In this document: one piece after another, positions 38,313 through 49,420 of the stretch | Layout: each line of letters begins with the position of its first letter | How positions within the stretch are numbered: position 1 is the first letter of the stretch | Source of the DNA: Okamejei kenojei | Taxonomy: Eukaryota | Direction of reading: 5' to 3' | DNA: 64,000 nucleotides | Assembly (NCBI GenBank): GCA_035221665.1 | Contig: CM069138.1 | Span: 70,246,001 to 70,310,000 of the forward strand | Position numbers and translations under genes: made by a program | Notes under the pieces: model-generated | Told to the model about the DNA's origin: nothing | Seen by the model: only the letters and a program-made list of their open reading frames with translations | Databases searched by the model: none

Positions 38313-38794
38313 CCGAGTGCTGGAGTTTTGTTGGCTGTCAAATTTCTCAAGGGATTTTTATGAGCATTCACTGGAGATTCTGCAGCTATTTGGAATAAGC
38401 CACCGGTGTCCAGATAGAAACCCATTTCCAATACATCTAGACCAGTTAAGTACCAACACGGTAGAGTACAGGCAATGAATTTAGGCAGGGGTACAAAGCA
38501 ATAGGATGTTGTGCAAGGAATCATCATCTGCTTTTGGAGTTCCACCCCTTAGTCTAATTCTATAGTGTGGGCAATATTTAGCACAAAATATATATTAAAT
38601 GTGTATCATAATTATCTCAGTAGATTTTATTTGACAGAACAGTATTGAAATCTAGAATGAGGAATCAGTTGTCATTATCAAAATGTGCTCTGACAGGTAC
38701 TGTTAACTTGCATCTTATGAAAGTGCAGCAATAATGACAAGTTTATAACACAGGCAAGAATTCCATAGGTGTACTCTGATCTGATGGTTTTTAT

Positions 38795-40399
38795 CATAGA
38801 AACATAGAAACATAGAAAATAGGTGCAGGAGGTGGCCATTCAGCCCTTCGAGCCAGCACCGCCATTCATTGTGATCATGGCTGATCGTCCCCTATCAATA
38901 ACCCGTGCCTGCCTTCTCCCCATATCCCTTGACTTCACTAGCCCCTAGAGCTCTATCTAACTCTCTCTTAAAACCATCCAGTGACTTGGCCTCCACTGCC
39001 CTCTGTGGCAGGGAATTCCATAAATTCACAACTCTCTGGGTGAAAAAGTTTGTTCTCACCTCAATCTTAAATTACCTCCCATTTATTCTAAGACTGTGGC
39101 CCCTGGTTCTGGACTCAACCAACTGGGAACATTTTTCCTGCATCTAGCTTGTCCAGTCCTTTTATAATTTTATATGTTTCTATAAGATCCCCCCTCATCC
39201 TTCTAAACTCCAGTGATTACAAGCCTAGTCTTTCCAATCTTTCCTCATATGACAGTCCCGCCATCCCAGGGATCAATCTCGTGAACCTATGCTGCACGGC
39301 CTCAATCACAAGGATGTCCTTCCTCAAATTAGGAGACCAAAACTGTACACAATACTCCAGATGTGGTCTCACCATAGCCCTATACAACTGCAGAAGAACC
39401 TCTTTACTCCTATACTGAAATCCTCATGTTATGAAGGCCAACATTCCATTAGCTTTCTTCACTGCCTGCTGTACCTGTAAGCCAACTTTTAGTGACCGGT
39501 GTACAAGGACGCCCAGGTCTCACTGTACCTCCCCCTTACCTAACCTAACCCCATTGAGATAATAATCTGCCCCCTTGTTTTTGCCACCAAAGTGGATAAC
39601 CTCACATTTATCTATGTTATGCTGCATCTGCCACGCATCTGCCCACTCATTCAACCTGTCCAGGTCACCCTGCAACCTCCTAAAATCCTCTTCACAGTTC
39701 ACACTGCCACCCAGCTTTGTGTCATCCACAAAACATGCTAGTGTTGCTCCTAATTCCCTCTTCCAAATCATTAATATATATGGTAAACAGTTGCGGCCCC
39801 AACACTGAGCCTTACGGCACTCCACTTGCCACTGCTGTCATTCTGAAAAGGACCCGTTCTCTCCTACTCTTTGCTTCCGGTCTGCCAACCAATTTTCTAT
39901 CTATGTCAACACCTTACCCCCAATACCATGTGTTCTAATTTTAGTCACCAGTCTCCCATGCGGGAACTTATCAAAGGCTTTCTGAAAGTCTAGATACACT
40001 ACATCCACTGGCACCCCTTCATCCATTTTACTTGTCACATCCTCAAAAAATTCCAGAAGATTAGTCAAGCATGATTTCCCTTTCATAAATCCATGTTGAC
40101 TTGGACTAATCCTTTTACTGCTATCCAAATGCCTTATATAACCTCTTTAATAATAGACTCCAGCATCTTTCCCACCACTGAAGTCAGGCTAGCTGGTCTG
40201 TAATTCCCTGTTTTCGCTCTCGCTCCTTTCTTGAAAAGTGGGATAACATTAGCTATCCTCCAATCCACAGGAACTGATCCTGAATCTATTCAACATTGGA
40301 AAATGATCACCAATGCGTCCACTATTTCTAGAGGCACCTCCCTGAGGACCCTGGGATGCAGACCATCAGGCCCAGGGGGCAGACCATCAGGCCCAGGGG
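38795..40399 (-). mobile_element. CR1/HER1 LINE, 1.6 kb, 5'-truncated
   Basis: SQHGFMKGKSCLTNLLEFFE, VYLDFQKAFD, DDTKLGG, KCEVIHFG; (catagaaa)n tail. Confidence 0.93.
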
Positions 40400-40967
40400 T
40401 CTGATCATGTTTTATACTCTGCCGATAAAATTTCCACTGAAATAAAGTGGCACCACTGAAGATGAAGGATAATAAAATTATAGTTAACTGACCAGTATAC
40501 TGAACACATAATTATAACAGCCCAGGCAGCCTATGATCTGTTCTAGGGATCCAATGGCTTCACAATTTTTCCTGCGTTCATTATATGAATATTAAAAAGA
40601 TTTCAGATTAGTTAAGTCCCTTTGGTCACAGCTCCTCACAGTCTAATATTCAAACAGTTTAAACAACAACAAAATAACATGAGAAGACAACACACTATGG
40701 TGCTGGGGTGTGGCGGCATTTTTCCAGCAGCTGGGCATGATAATCATCAAAGATGCCCACCACTCTGGCCATGCTCCATTCTCGCTGCTACAATCATAAA
40801 GAAGAGTGTAGGACCAGAAGGCAGAGCCTCAGGATAAAAGGACGTACCCTTAAAAAGGAGATGAGGAGGAATTGATTTTCATCAGTGTGTGGTGAATCTG
40901 TGGAATTCATTGCCACAGAAGGCTATGGAGGCTCATTGGGTAAATTTTCACTAAGGCCGTGGGAGAA

Positions 40968-41566
40968 TGGAGGAGGCCCAGGACAGTTTGAGACCAAGCG
41001 GAGGCTTGGCGACCTCCCGGTGAGCACTTCAACTCCCCCTCCCATTCCGTGATCTGACCTGCTCGGTCTGGGCCTCCTCCACGGCAGAATGAGCAACACC
41101 ACAGTTGATGAGGAACGGCGCACCTCATATTCCGTTAGGGAGTTGCATCCTTTATGAACAAATTGAATTTTCAATCATTCTGTTAAAACCCTTGCTGTCT
41201 CCTCCCCTTCCCATTAGGATCTTAAACCAGCCCCGGGCCCTGGCATTCCCTCTCTCTCTATCTCCCCCCCCTACTCTAGTCGCACCAGCTTATCATTTTC
41301 ACACCACAAGCTTACAATGGCTTGTTTTTTATCATTGATGGCATTTTTGCATATCTTAGAATAACATTCATTGTTCTTTACCTCTCACAGAACAATTCTT
41401 ACTTTACGGAAAAAAAAAAATCTATATATATCTCGTTTCCCGATCCCCCTGAACAAATAAACAGTTCTGAAGAAGGGTCTTCGACCCGAAAAACGTCGCC
41501 TATCTCCTTCGTTCCTTAGATGCTGCTGCACCCGCTGAGTTTCTCCAGCCTTTTGTGTACCCTCCA
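40968..41566 (+). mobile_element. Penelope-like element 3' fragment (GIY-YIG C-terminus plus terminal repeat), indel-rich
   Basis: ETKRRLGD and HFNSP remnants; homologous, in opposite orientation, to 45233-45735. Confidence 0.8.
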
Positions 41567-42119
41567 AAGCGACATTATTCTCCAGGTGATTTCTTCTCAT
41601 TTTAGTTCTTAAATGTACATAATCTGTGAGAAATGGTTCTAGAAACAGAGCCCTGCACTTACCTCATCAAACCTATTGAGAATTTTGCATGCAAAGTGAA
41701 ATTGGCTTTCTTTCTTCTAAATTCTAGAGATTGGAAACAGTTTGCCTAATCTCTCCTTTTACTATAATCTCCCCATCACTCCAGCAGTCAATGTAGTGAA
41801 CCTTCTCTGTGCCAAAAGAGTAGTGTTCCTTAGGTAGAGATGTCACAGCTGTATACAATATCACAGGTGCCATTTCACCAAGGTCTTCTGTAACTGTAGA
41901 TGGATATCTTTACTCTCATCCACATTGATCCTAGTTACATGTCGCACTACACTTTGCAGTCATTCAACCATTTAGAAAATAGCAAAAAGTAAATATTGGA
42001 AGACTTAGTGGCTCCCATCTGTGGAGGAATGGATGATGTTTCCTGGACCCATCTTAGACTCCACTATCTTTAAGCTGAGCCCTAAGACCATCTAGCTTTT
42101 AAAGACTCCCAGGAAATTG

Positions 42120-43151
42120 AAGTATCCAGAGAACCGACCTCCACTGCCCTCTGAGGCAGAGAATTCCACAGATTCACAACCCTCTGTGTGAAAAAGTGTT
42201 TCCTCATCTCCGTTCTAAATGGTTTACCCCTTATTCTTAAACAGTAGCCGCTGGTTCTGGACTCCCCCAACATCGGGAACATGTTCCCTGCCTCTAGCGT
42301 CTCCAAACCCTTAATAATCTTATATGTTTCAATAAGATATCCTCTCATCCTTCTAAGCTCCAGAATATACAAGCCCAGCCACTCCATTCTCTCAGCAAAT
42401 GACAGTCCTGCCATCCCGGGAATTAACCTTGTGAACCTATGCTGCACTCCATCAATAGCAAGAATATCCTTCCTCAAATTTGGAGACTAAAACTGCACAC
42501 TATACTCCAGGTGTGGTCTCACCAGGGCCCTGTACAACTGCAGAAGGATCTCATTGCTCCTATACTAAACTCCTCTTGTTATGAAGGCCAACATGCCATT
42601 CGCTTTCTGCACTGCCTGCTGTAACTGCATGCTTACTTTCATTGACTGATGAATAAGGACCCCCAGATCCCATTGTACTTCCCCTTTTCCCAACTTGACA
42701 CCATTTAGATAATAATCTCCCTTCCCGTTTTTGCTACCAAAGTGGATAACCTCACATTTATCCACATTAAACTGCATCTGCCGTGCATCTGCCCACAACC
42801 AACTTGTCCAAATCACCCTGCATTCTCATAGCATCCTCCTCACAGTTCACGCTGCCACCCAGCTTTGTGCCATCTGCAAATTTGCTAATGTTACATAATC
42901 CCTTCATCGAAATCATTAATATATATTGTAAATAGCTGCGGTCCCAGCACCGAGCCTTGCGGTACCCCACTAGTCACTGCCTGCCATTCTGAAAGGGACC
43001 CGTTAATCCCTGCTCTTTGTTTCCTGTCTGCCAACCAATTTTCTATCCATGTCAGCACCCTACCCCCAATACCATGTGCTCTAATTTTGCCCACTAATCT
43101 CCTATGTGGGATCTTATCAAATGCTCTCCGATGTGGGACCTTATCAAAAGC
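42120..43151 (-). mobile_element. CR1/HER1 LINE fragment (RT to C-terminus)
   Basis: [43 protein letters not shown]. Confidence 0.92.
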
Positions 43152-43292
43152 ATCTGTTATTTAATATTCATAAATTCATATGTACATAAGTTATAGGACC
43201 ACAATTTGGCCATTTGGCCCATCATGTCTACTCTGCCAGTCAATCATGCTGATCGATCATTCCCTCTCAACCCTGTTCTACTGCCTTCCTTA

Positions 43293-43961
43293 AGGCCCTG
43301 TCCCACTTACGTGTCCTTGGCACGTAAATTACGCGACCTCGTCTTCACATCGAGGCGCACGGTCCCACTGAGAAACGCAAAGGTGTATGGAGTTGCGCAC
43401 GGTATCGTGTGGCACTCTGAAATTTTGTAGCGAATGAAATCTTCGCGCGCCAACGCCTGTCGCGTAACTGACAGCCAAAGTGGGACAGGCCCAAGACCCT
43501 GGCACGACGCAATGTCTCACCTCCTTCAGCAGCAGAACCAGGCAAACGATCGCCGAGCTCGGCCTGGGGCTCCCAGCCGTTGCGGTCCGGATCCGCCCCC
43601 ACTTCTACTCCCAGAGCGGGGCCAAGCAAATTGAAAATAGACACAAAATGCTGGAGGAACTCAACGGGTCTGGCAGCATCTCTGGAGAGAAGGAATGGGT
43701 GACGTTTCGGGTCAAGACCCTTCTTTCAGACTGAAGAAGAGTCTCGACCCGAAACATCACCCATCGCTTCTCTCCAGAGATGCTGCTGGTCCCGCTGAGT
43801 TATTCCTGCATTTTGTGTCCATCTTCAAATGAAGTCACATGCTCCAGACGGCTGTGCGGATAAATGAAGTCGCGCGCAACCTTCGCGGGACCGTCACGGC
43901 TCCACACGCCCACAAAGTCGCGTGATTAGTGTGCCAAGGGCACGCAAGCGGGACAGGGGCT
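43293..43961. mobile_element. PIF/Harbinger-like non-autonomous DNA transposon
   Basis: TIRs of about 45 bp starting AGGCCCTGTCCCACTT; TTA TSD at 43290-43292 and 43962-43964; sits inside a CR1 3' fragment. Confidence 0.85.
43631..43828. repeat. Palindrome of two head-to-head Penelope terminal repeats (arms about 99 bp, axis at 43730)
   Basis: ...gacccttctttcag-a-ctgaagaagagtctcgacccgaaac...; the arms are diverged reverse complements. Confidence 0.9.
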
Positions 43962-43964
43962 TTA

Positions 43965-44498
43965 CTTGTCAAGAATCTGTTAATCTCCGCCTTAAAAATA
44001 TCCAAGGACGGCCTCCACAGCTTTCTGTGGCAATGAATTCCACAGATTCACCATTCAGCAATGAAAATAAATTCCTCCTCATCTCTTTTCTAAAGGTACG
44101 TCATTTTATTCTGAGGTTCTGCCATTGACACCCATTGGTGGAAACATCCTCTCTACATCCACTCTATCCAGGCTTATCACTATTCTGTAAGTTTCAATGA
44201 GGTGTCCCCCCCCCGCATGCTATCAAAGGCTCATCATAGAGGTATGTTAACCCAATCATCTCTGGGATCATTCTCAAAAACTTCCTCTGGACCATCTCCA
44301 GTGCCAGCACAACCTTCCTCAGATATGTGGCCCAAAACTTCTCACAATTCTCTAAATGCAGTCTTATGTATTATAAAGCCTCAGCTTTACATCCGTGTTT
44401 CTATATTCTTCTCCTTTCAAAATAAATGCTAACATAGCATTTGCCTTCCTTACTACCGAATCCACTTGCAAATTAACTTTTTGGGAATCCTGCACCAG
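43965..44498 (-). mobile_element. CR1 3' fragment (continues from about 43185-43289)
   Basis: VNLQVDSVVRKANAMLAFI...KLRLY remnant; similar to 32725-33342. Confidence 0.75.
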
Positions 44499-45232
44499 CA
44501 TAGAAACATGGACATAGAAACATAGAAAATAGATGCAGGAGGAGGCCATTCGGCCCTTCGAGCCAGCACCGCCATTCATTGTGATCATGACTGATCATCC
44601 CCAATCAATAACCCGTGCCTGTCTTCTCCCCATATTCCTTGATTCCACTAGCCCCGAGAGCTCTATCTAACTCTCTGTTAAATCCATCCAGTGATTTGGC
44701 CTCCATTTCCCTCTGGCAGGGAATTCCATAAATTTACAACTCTCTGTGAGGAAAAGTTTTTTCTCACCGCAGTCTTAAATGACCTCCCCTTTATTCTAAG
44801 ACTGTGGCCCCTGGTTTTGGGCTCGCCCAACATTGGAAACATATGTCCTGCATCTAGATTGTCCAGTCCTTTTATAAATTTATGTTTCTATAAGATTCCC
44901 CCTCATCCTTCTAAACTCCAGTGAATACAAGCCTAGTCTTTTCAATCTTTCCTCATATGACAGTCCCGCCATCCCAGGGATCAATCTTGTGAACCTATGC
45001 TGGACTGCTCAATCACAAGGATATCCTTCCTCAAATTAGGAGACCAAAACTATACACAATACTCCAGATGTGGTCTCACCAGAGCCCTATACAACTGCAG
45101 AAGAACCTCTCTACTCCTATACTGAAATCCTCTTGTTATGAAGGCCAACATTCCATTTCAGTGACCGGTGTACAAGAACGCCCAGGTCTTGCTGTACCTC
45201 CCCCTTACCTAACCTAACCCAGTTAAGATAAT

Positions 45233-45735
45233 GGGGGGTACACAAAAGGCTGGAGAAACTCAGTGGGTGCAGCAGCATCTAAGGAGCGAAGGAGATAGGC
45301 GACGTTTCGGGTCGAGACCCTTCTTCAGACTGGTCAGGGATCAGGGAAACGAGAGATATAGACGGTGATGTGGAGAGATAAAGAACAATGAATGAAAGAT
45401 ATGCAAAAAAGTATCGATGATAAAGGGAACAAGCCATTGTAAGCTGTTTGTGGTGTGAAAATGAGAAGCTGGTGCGACTAGGGTGGGGGAGGGAGATAGA
45501 GAGAGAGGGAGAATGCCAGGGCCCGAGGACTGAGGGAGAGGTGGGAAGGGGAGGAGACAGCAAGGGTTAACAGAATTGAGAAAATTCAATGTTCAAGCCC
45601 GAAGGATGCAGACTCCCCAAGCGGAATGGAGGTGCTGTTCCTCCAACTTGCGGTGTTGCTCATTCTGGCCGTGGAGGAGGCCCAGGACCGAGAGGTCGGA
45701 TACGGAATGGGAGGGGGAATTGAAGTGCTGAGCCA
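45233..45735 (-). mobile_element. Penelope-like element 3' fragment
   Basis: Minus strand translates AQHFNSPSHSVSDLSVLGLLHGQNEQHRKLEEQHL then (after a shift) SLHPSGLNIEFSQFC*, the GIY-YIG C-terminal pattern HF...E...L..L.P.GLN; followed by the terminal repeat. Confidence 0.88.
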
Positions 45736-48162
45736 AAGATCAAAAGATATTAACTAAAATATTAGCACAAAGGCTAAGCACAGTTATTAATGAATTAATT
45801 CACCCCGATCAAACAGGATTTATACCAAAACGATATTCCTCAAATAACTTGAGACGATTATTCAATATTATATATTCGAAAAGAGGTATTAAAAAAGATT
45901 TAGTAGTTATTTCGTTAGATGCAGAGAAAGCCTTCGATCAGGTGGAATGGTCCTATTTGTTTTCGGTTATGGAAACTTTTAAATTGGGAGAGAAGTTCAT
46001 TACTTGGATCAAATTATTATATACTAACCCAACAGCTAGAATAATAACAAATCAAATGTTACCAACTAAATTCAATTTATCTCGAGGCCGTAGACAAGGT
46101 TGCCCTTTATCCCCCTTACTGTTTGCACTTGCAATAGAACCCTTAGCTCAGAGGGTGAGATCACATCCTGAAATATATGGGTATGATACTAGAGATACTA
46201 AAAATAAAATTTCCTTATACGCAGATGATGTATTACTTTATATCACAAAACCAGAAATTAGTATCCAAAATTTGTTAAAATTAATAACTGAATTCGGATC
46301 TTTTTTCAAGATATAGTATTAATTGGAATAAAAGTGAACTTATGCCAATAACGGTAAATAACTTACACATATTACAACAATTTCCTTTTAAGATAACAAA
46401 TGAAAAAATTAAATATCTTGGAATTTATGTAACAAAAAGATTTGATTCTTTATTTAAATCTAACTTCCCACTATTATTGAATAAATTAAATAAGAATATT
46501 TTATATTGGAAAACTCTACCTATTTCAATGTTAGGCAAAATTAAATATAATAAAAATGATTTTTCTTCCACAATTATTATATCTTTTCCAATTAATTCCG
46601 ATATATCTTCCTAAAAATTTCTTTAAGAAGGTGGACTCCCTAATTACTAACTTTATCTGGGATTATAAGAGCCATAGAATAAATAAAAAAAAACATTTAT
46701 GTAGATTAAAAATAAATGGAGGTTTAGCATTACCAAACTTTATGTTTTATTACTGGGCAGTTAATATTAAAAATATGAATTTTTGGTTAGAAGAGACAGA
46801 TAACCAACCAATTTGGTTAAATATGGAAAAAGAAGATTGTTCTCCTTTTGAAATCAGTTCAATAATATTCGCTAATATTAATTTAGGTAAGAGAACCTAC
46901 AGTGAAAACCCGATAATAGAAAGTGGAATACGTATTTGGAAACAAATAAAGAAACCATTAAAACTGAAATCTATACCATTAGCCCTTACCATTGTAAATA
47001 ATGTTACATTTAAACCCTCAATGATGGATAAAGGCTTTTTACAATGGAAAAATAAGGAAATTATTAGGATGGGTGATATCTACAAGGAAAACTCTTTTCT
47101 TTCATTTCAAGAATTACAACAAATTTATGAACTACATTCTAAAGATTATTTTAGATACTTACAAATCAGAGACTATGTAAAAGCAAACACACAGGAACTT
47201 AGAAATAGAAAGACAGAAATTTTAGATAAATGTCTAAATAAAAATCCGACCACAGAAAAAATGATTTCATATATATATATATAATATCTTATTGGAAAAT
47301 GATGTCCCATCAACAGAAATTTATAGACAATCTTGGGAAAATGAATTAGGTCAAATTATAAGACCAGAAGTATGGGACGAAAGTTTACAACATATACACC
47401 ATTGTTCGTTAAATGCTAGACACTCTCTTATGCAGTTTAAAATACTACATAGACTACATTATTCAAAATCCAAACTACATAACATTTTTCCAAAAGTATC
47501 TCCCATATGTGATAAATGTCAACATTTAAAAGCTAATCTGACACACTCATTTACAAATTGTGCAAAAATTACAAAGTTTTGGATAGAAATATTTAGGATA
47601 ATTTCGAATGTTGTTAATATAAATCTGACCCCTGACTCAAAGTTAATAATACTAGGAATATTGGAAACAGACCAATTAATAACAACGAATCAAAGAATTT
47701 TTATTGATTATGGTTTAATAATTGGAAAGGTCCTACATCCCCGACAATCAAAATGTGGAATACAGAAATGTCGGAGACACTCCATCTGGAGAGATTGAGG
47801 CTTGTCCTAATGGACAGGTTGGATCTCTTCAGAGGGATATGGTCTCCATATATTGAATATTTACAGGGTCAAAGTGGCTCAGTGCGAGGGCTTGACTGAG
47901 GCCTGAATAATAGAATGGATGAAGAATTACGCAAAATAAATCATGGTTATATCTCCAATGACGGATTATTGATTAATACTCCATTCACTTCCTTATTTTT
48001 TATATTATTTTTCTCTATCTTTTCCTACTTTATAAAAAAAATTAAAAAACTGTATAGAAACATAGTCTTAAATGTTAATATTAATATTAATAATATTATG
48101 AATGTATCTAATAAGTATTTTTTATTAATATGTTTCTACAACTAATAAAAATATTTATCAAA
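45736..48162 (+). mobile_element. 5'-truncated L1 (RT to 3' end), related to 7935-14547
   Basis: SLDAEKAFD, QGCPLSPLLF, YADD, SPICDKC; AATAAA at 48144-48149. Confidence 0.95.
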
Positions 48163-48973
48163 ACAGTTCACACTGTCACCCAGCTTTGTGTCATCCACTT
48201 GCTAGTGTTGCTCCTAATTCCCTCTTCCAAATCATTAATATATATGGTAAACAGTTGCGGCCCCAACACCGAGCCTTACGGCACTCCAGTCGCTACTGCC
48301 TGCCATTCTGAAAAGAACCCGTTCACTCCTACTCTTTGCTTCTGGTCTGCCAACCAATTTTCTATCCATGTCAACACCCTACCCCCAATACCATGTGCTC
48401 TAATTTTAGTCACCAGTCTCCCGTGCGGGACCTTATCAAGGGCTTTCTGAAAGTCTAGATACACTACATCCACTGGTACCCCTTCATCCATTTTACTTGT
48501 CACATCCTCAAAAAATTCCAGAAGATTAGTCAAGCATGATTTCCCTTTCATAAATCCATGTTGACTTGGACTAATCCTTTTACTGCTATCCAAATGCCCC
48601 CATTATTACCTCTTTAATAATTGACTCCAGCATCTTTCCCACCACCAAAGTCAGGCTAATTGGTCTGTAATTCCCCATTTTCTCTCTCGCTCCTTTCTTG
48701 AAAAGCGGGATAACATTAGCTATCCTCCAATCCACAGGGACTGATCCTGAATCTGAAGCACTCCCAGGTCCCTTTACATCTCTAAATATATAAATCCCCA
48801 ATTAACATCATCTAATGTTTTGACCTCAGTTGTTACATTGATTTTGTTTTAGCATAGGTTTGGCTAGCTTTACTTGAGGAGAATTGCTGCCACAGCAGTT
48901 GCTCCTTGGCCTTTGGTAGCTTTTTCCCAAACAGACATGTACTCATCACCTCCAACCAGAGAACCCCATAATA

Positions 48974-49420
48974 GTTTAGTTTGGTTTAGTTTAGTTTAGT
49001 TCAGCTTAGCTTAGCTTAGTTTATTTTATGTATTGTCACATGTACCGAAGTACAGTGAAAAGTTTTTGTTGTGTGCTAACCGGTCAGTGTAAAGACAATA
49101 CATGTTTACAATCGAGCCACTCACAGTGTACAGATACGTGATAAAGGGAATAAAGTGAATAATATATAGTGTTAGAAAAAAGCCAGTACAGTCTGATCAA
49201 AAATAGTCTGAGGGTCTCAAATGAGGTAGATAATAATTCAGGACTGCTCTCTAGTTGTGGTTGGATGGTTCAGTTTCCTGTTAACAGCTGGGAAGAAACT
49301 GTCCCTGAATCTGGTGCTGTGTGTTTTCACACTTCTTTACCTTTTGCCCGATGAGAGAGGTGGGTAGAGGGAGTGGCCAGGGTGCGACTCACCCTTGATT
49401 ATGCTGCTGGCCTTGCCGGG
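48974..49420 (-). mobile_element. Rex1-like 3' fragment with (TTTAG/CTTAG)n tail
   Basis: gggaagaaactgtccctgaatctgg...ttgattatgctgctggcc preceded by a microsatellite tail. Confidence 0.7.

Larger units (their letters stand above)
44499..48755 (-). mobile_element. CR1/HER1 LINE split into 44499-45232 and 48163-48755
   Basis: Both parts are collinear and highly similar to 38795-40290. Confidence 0.9.

Noticed and set aside
38795-48755. Segmental duplication between the two long CR1 copies
   Set aside because: Similarity is limited to the element; flanks and 5' truncation points differ, consistent with independent insertions of one subfamily
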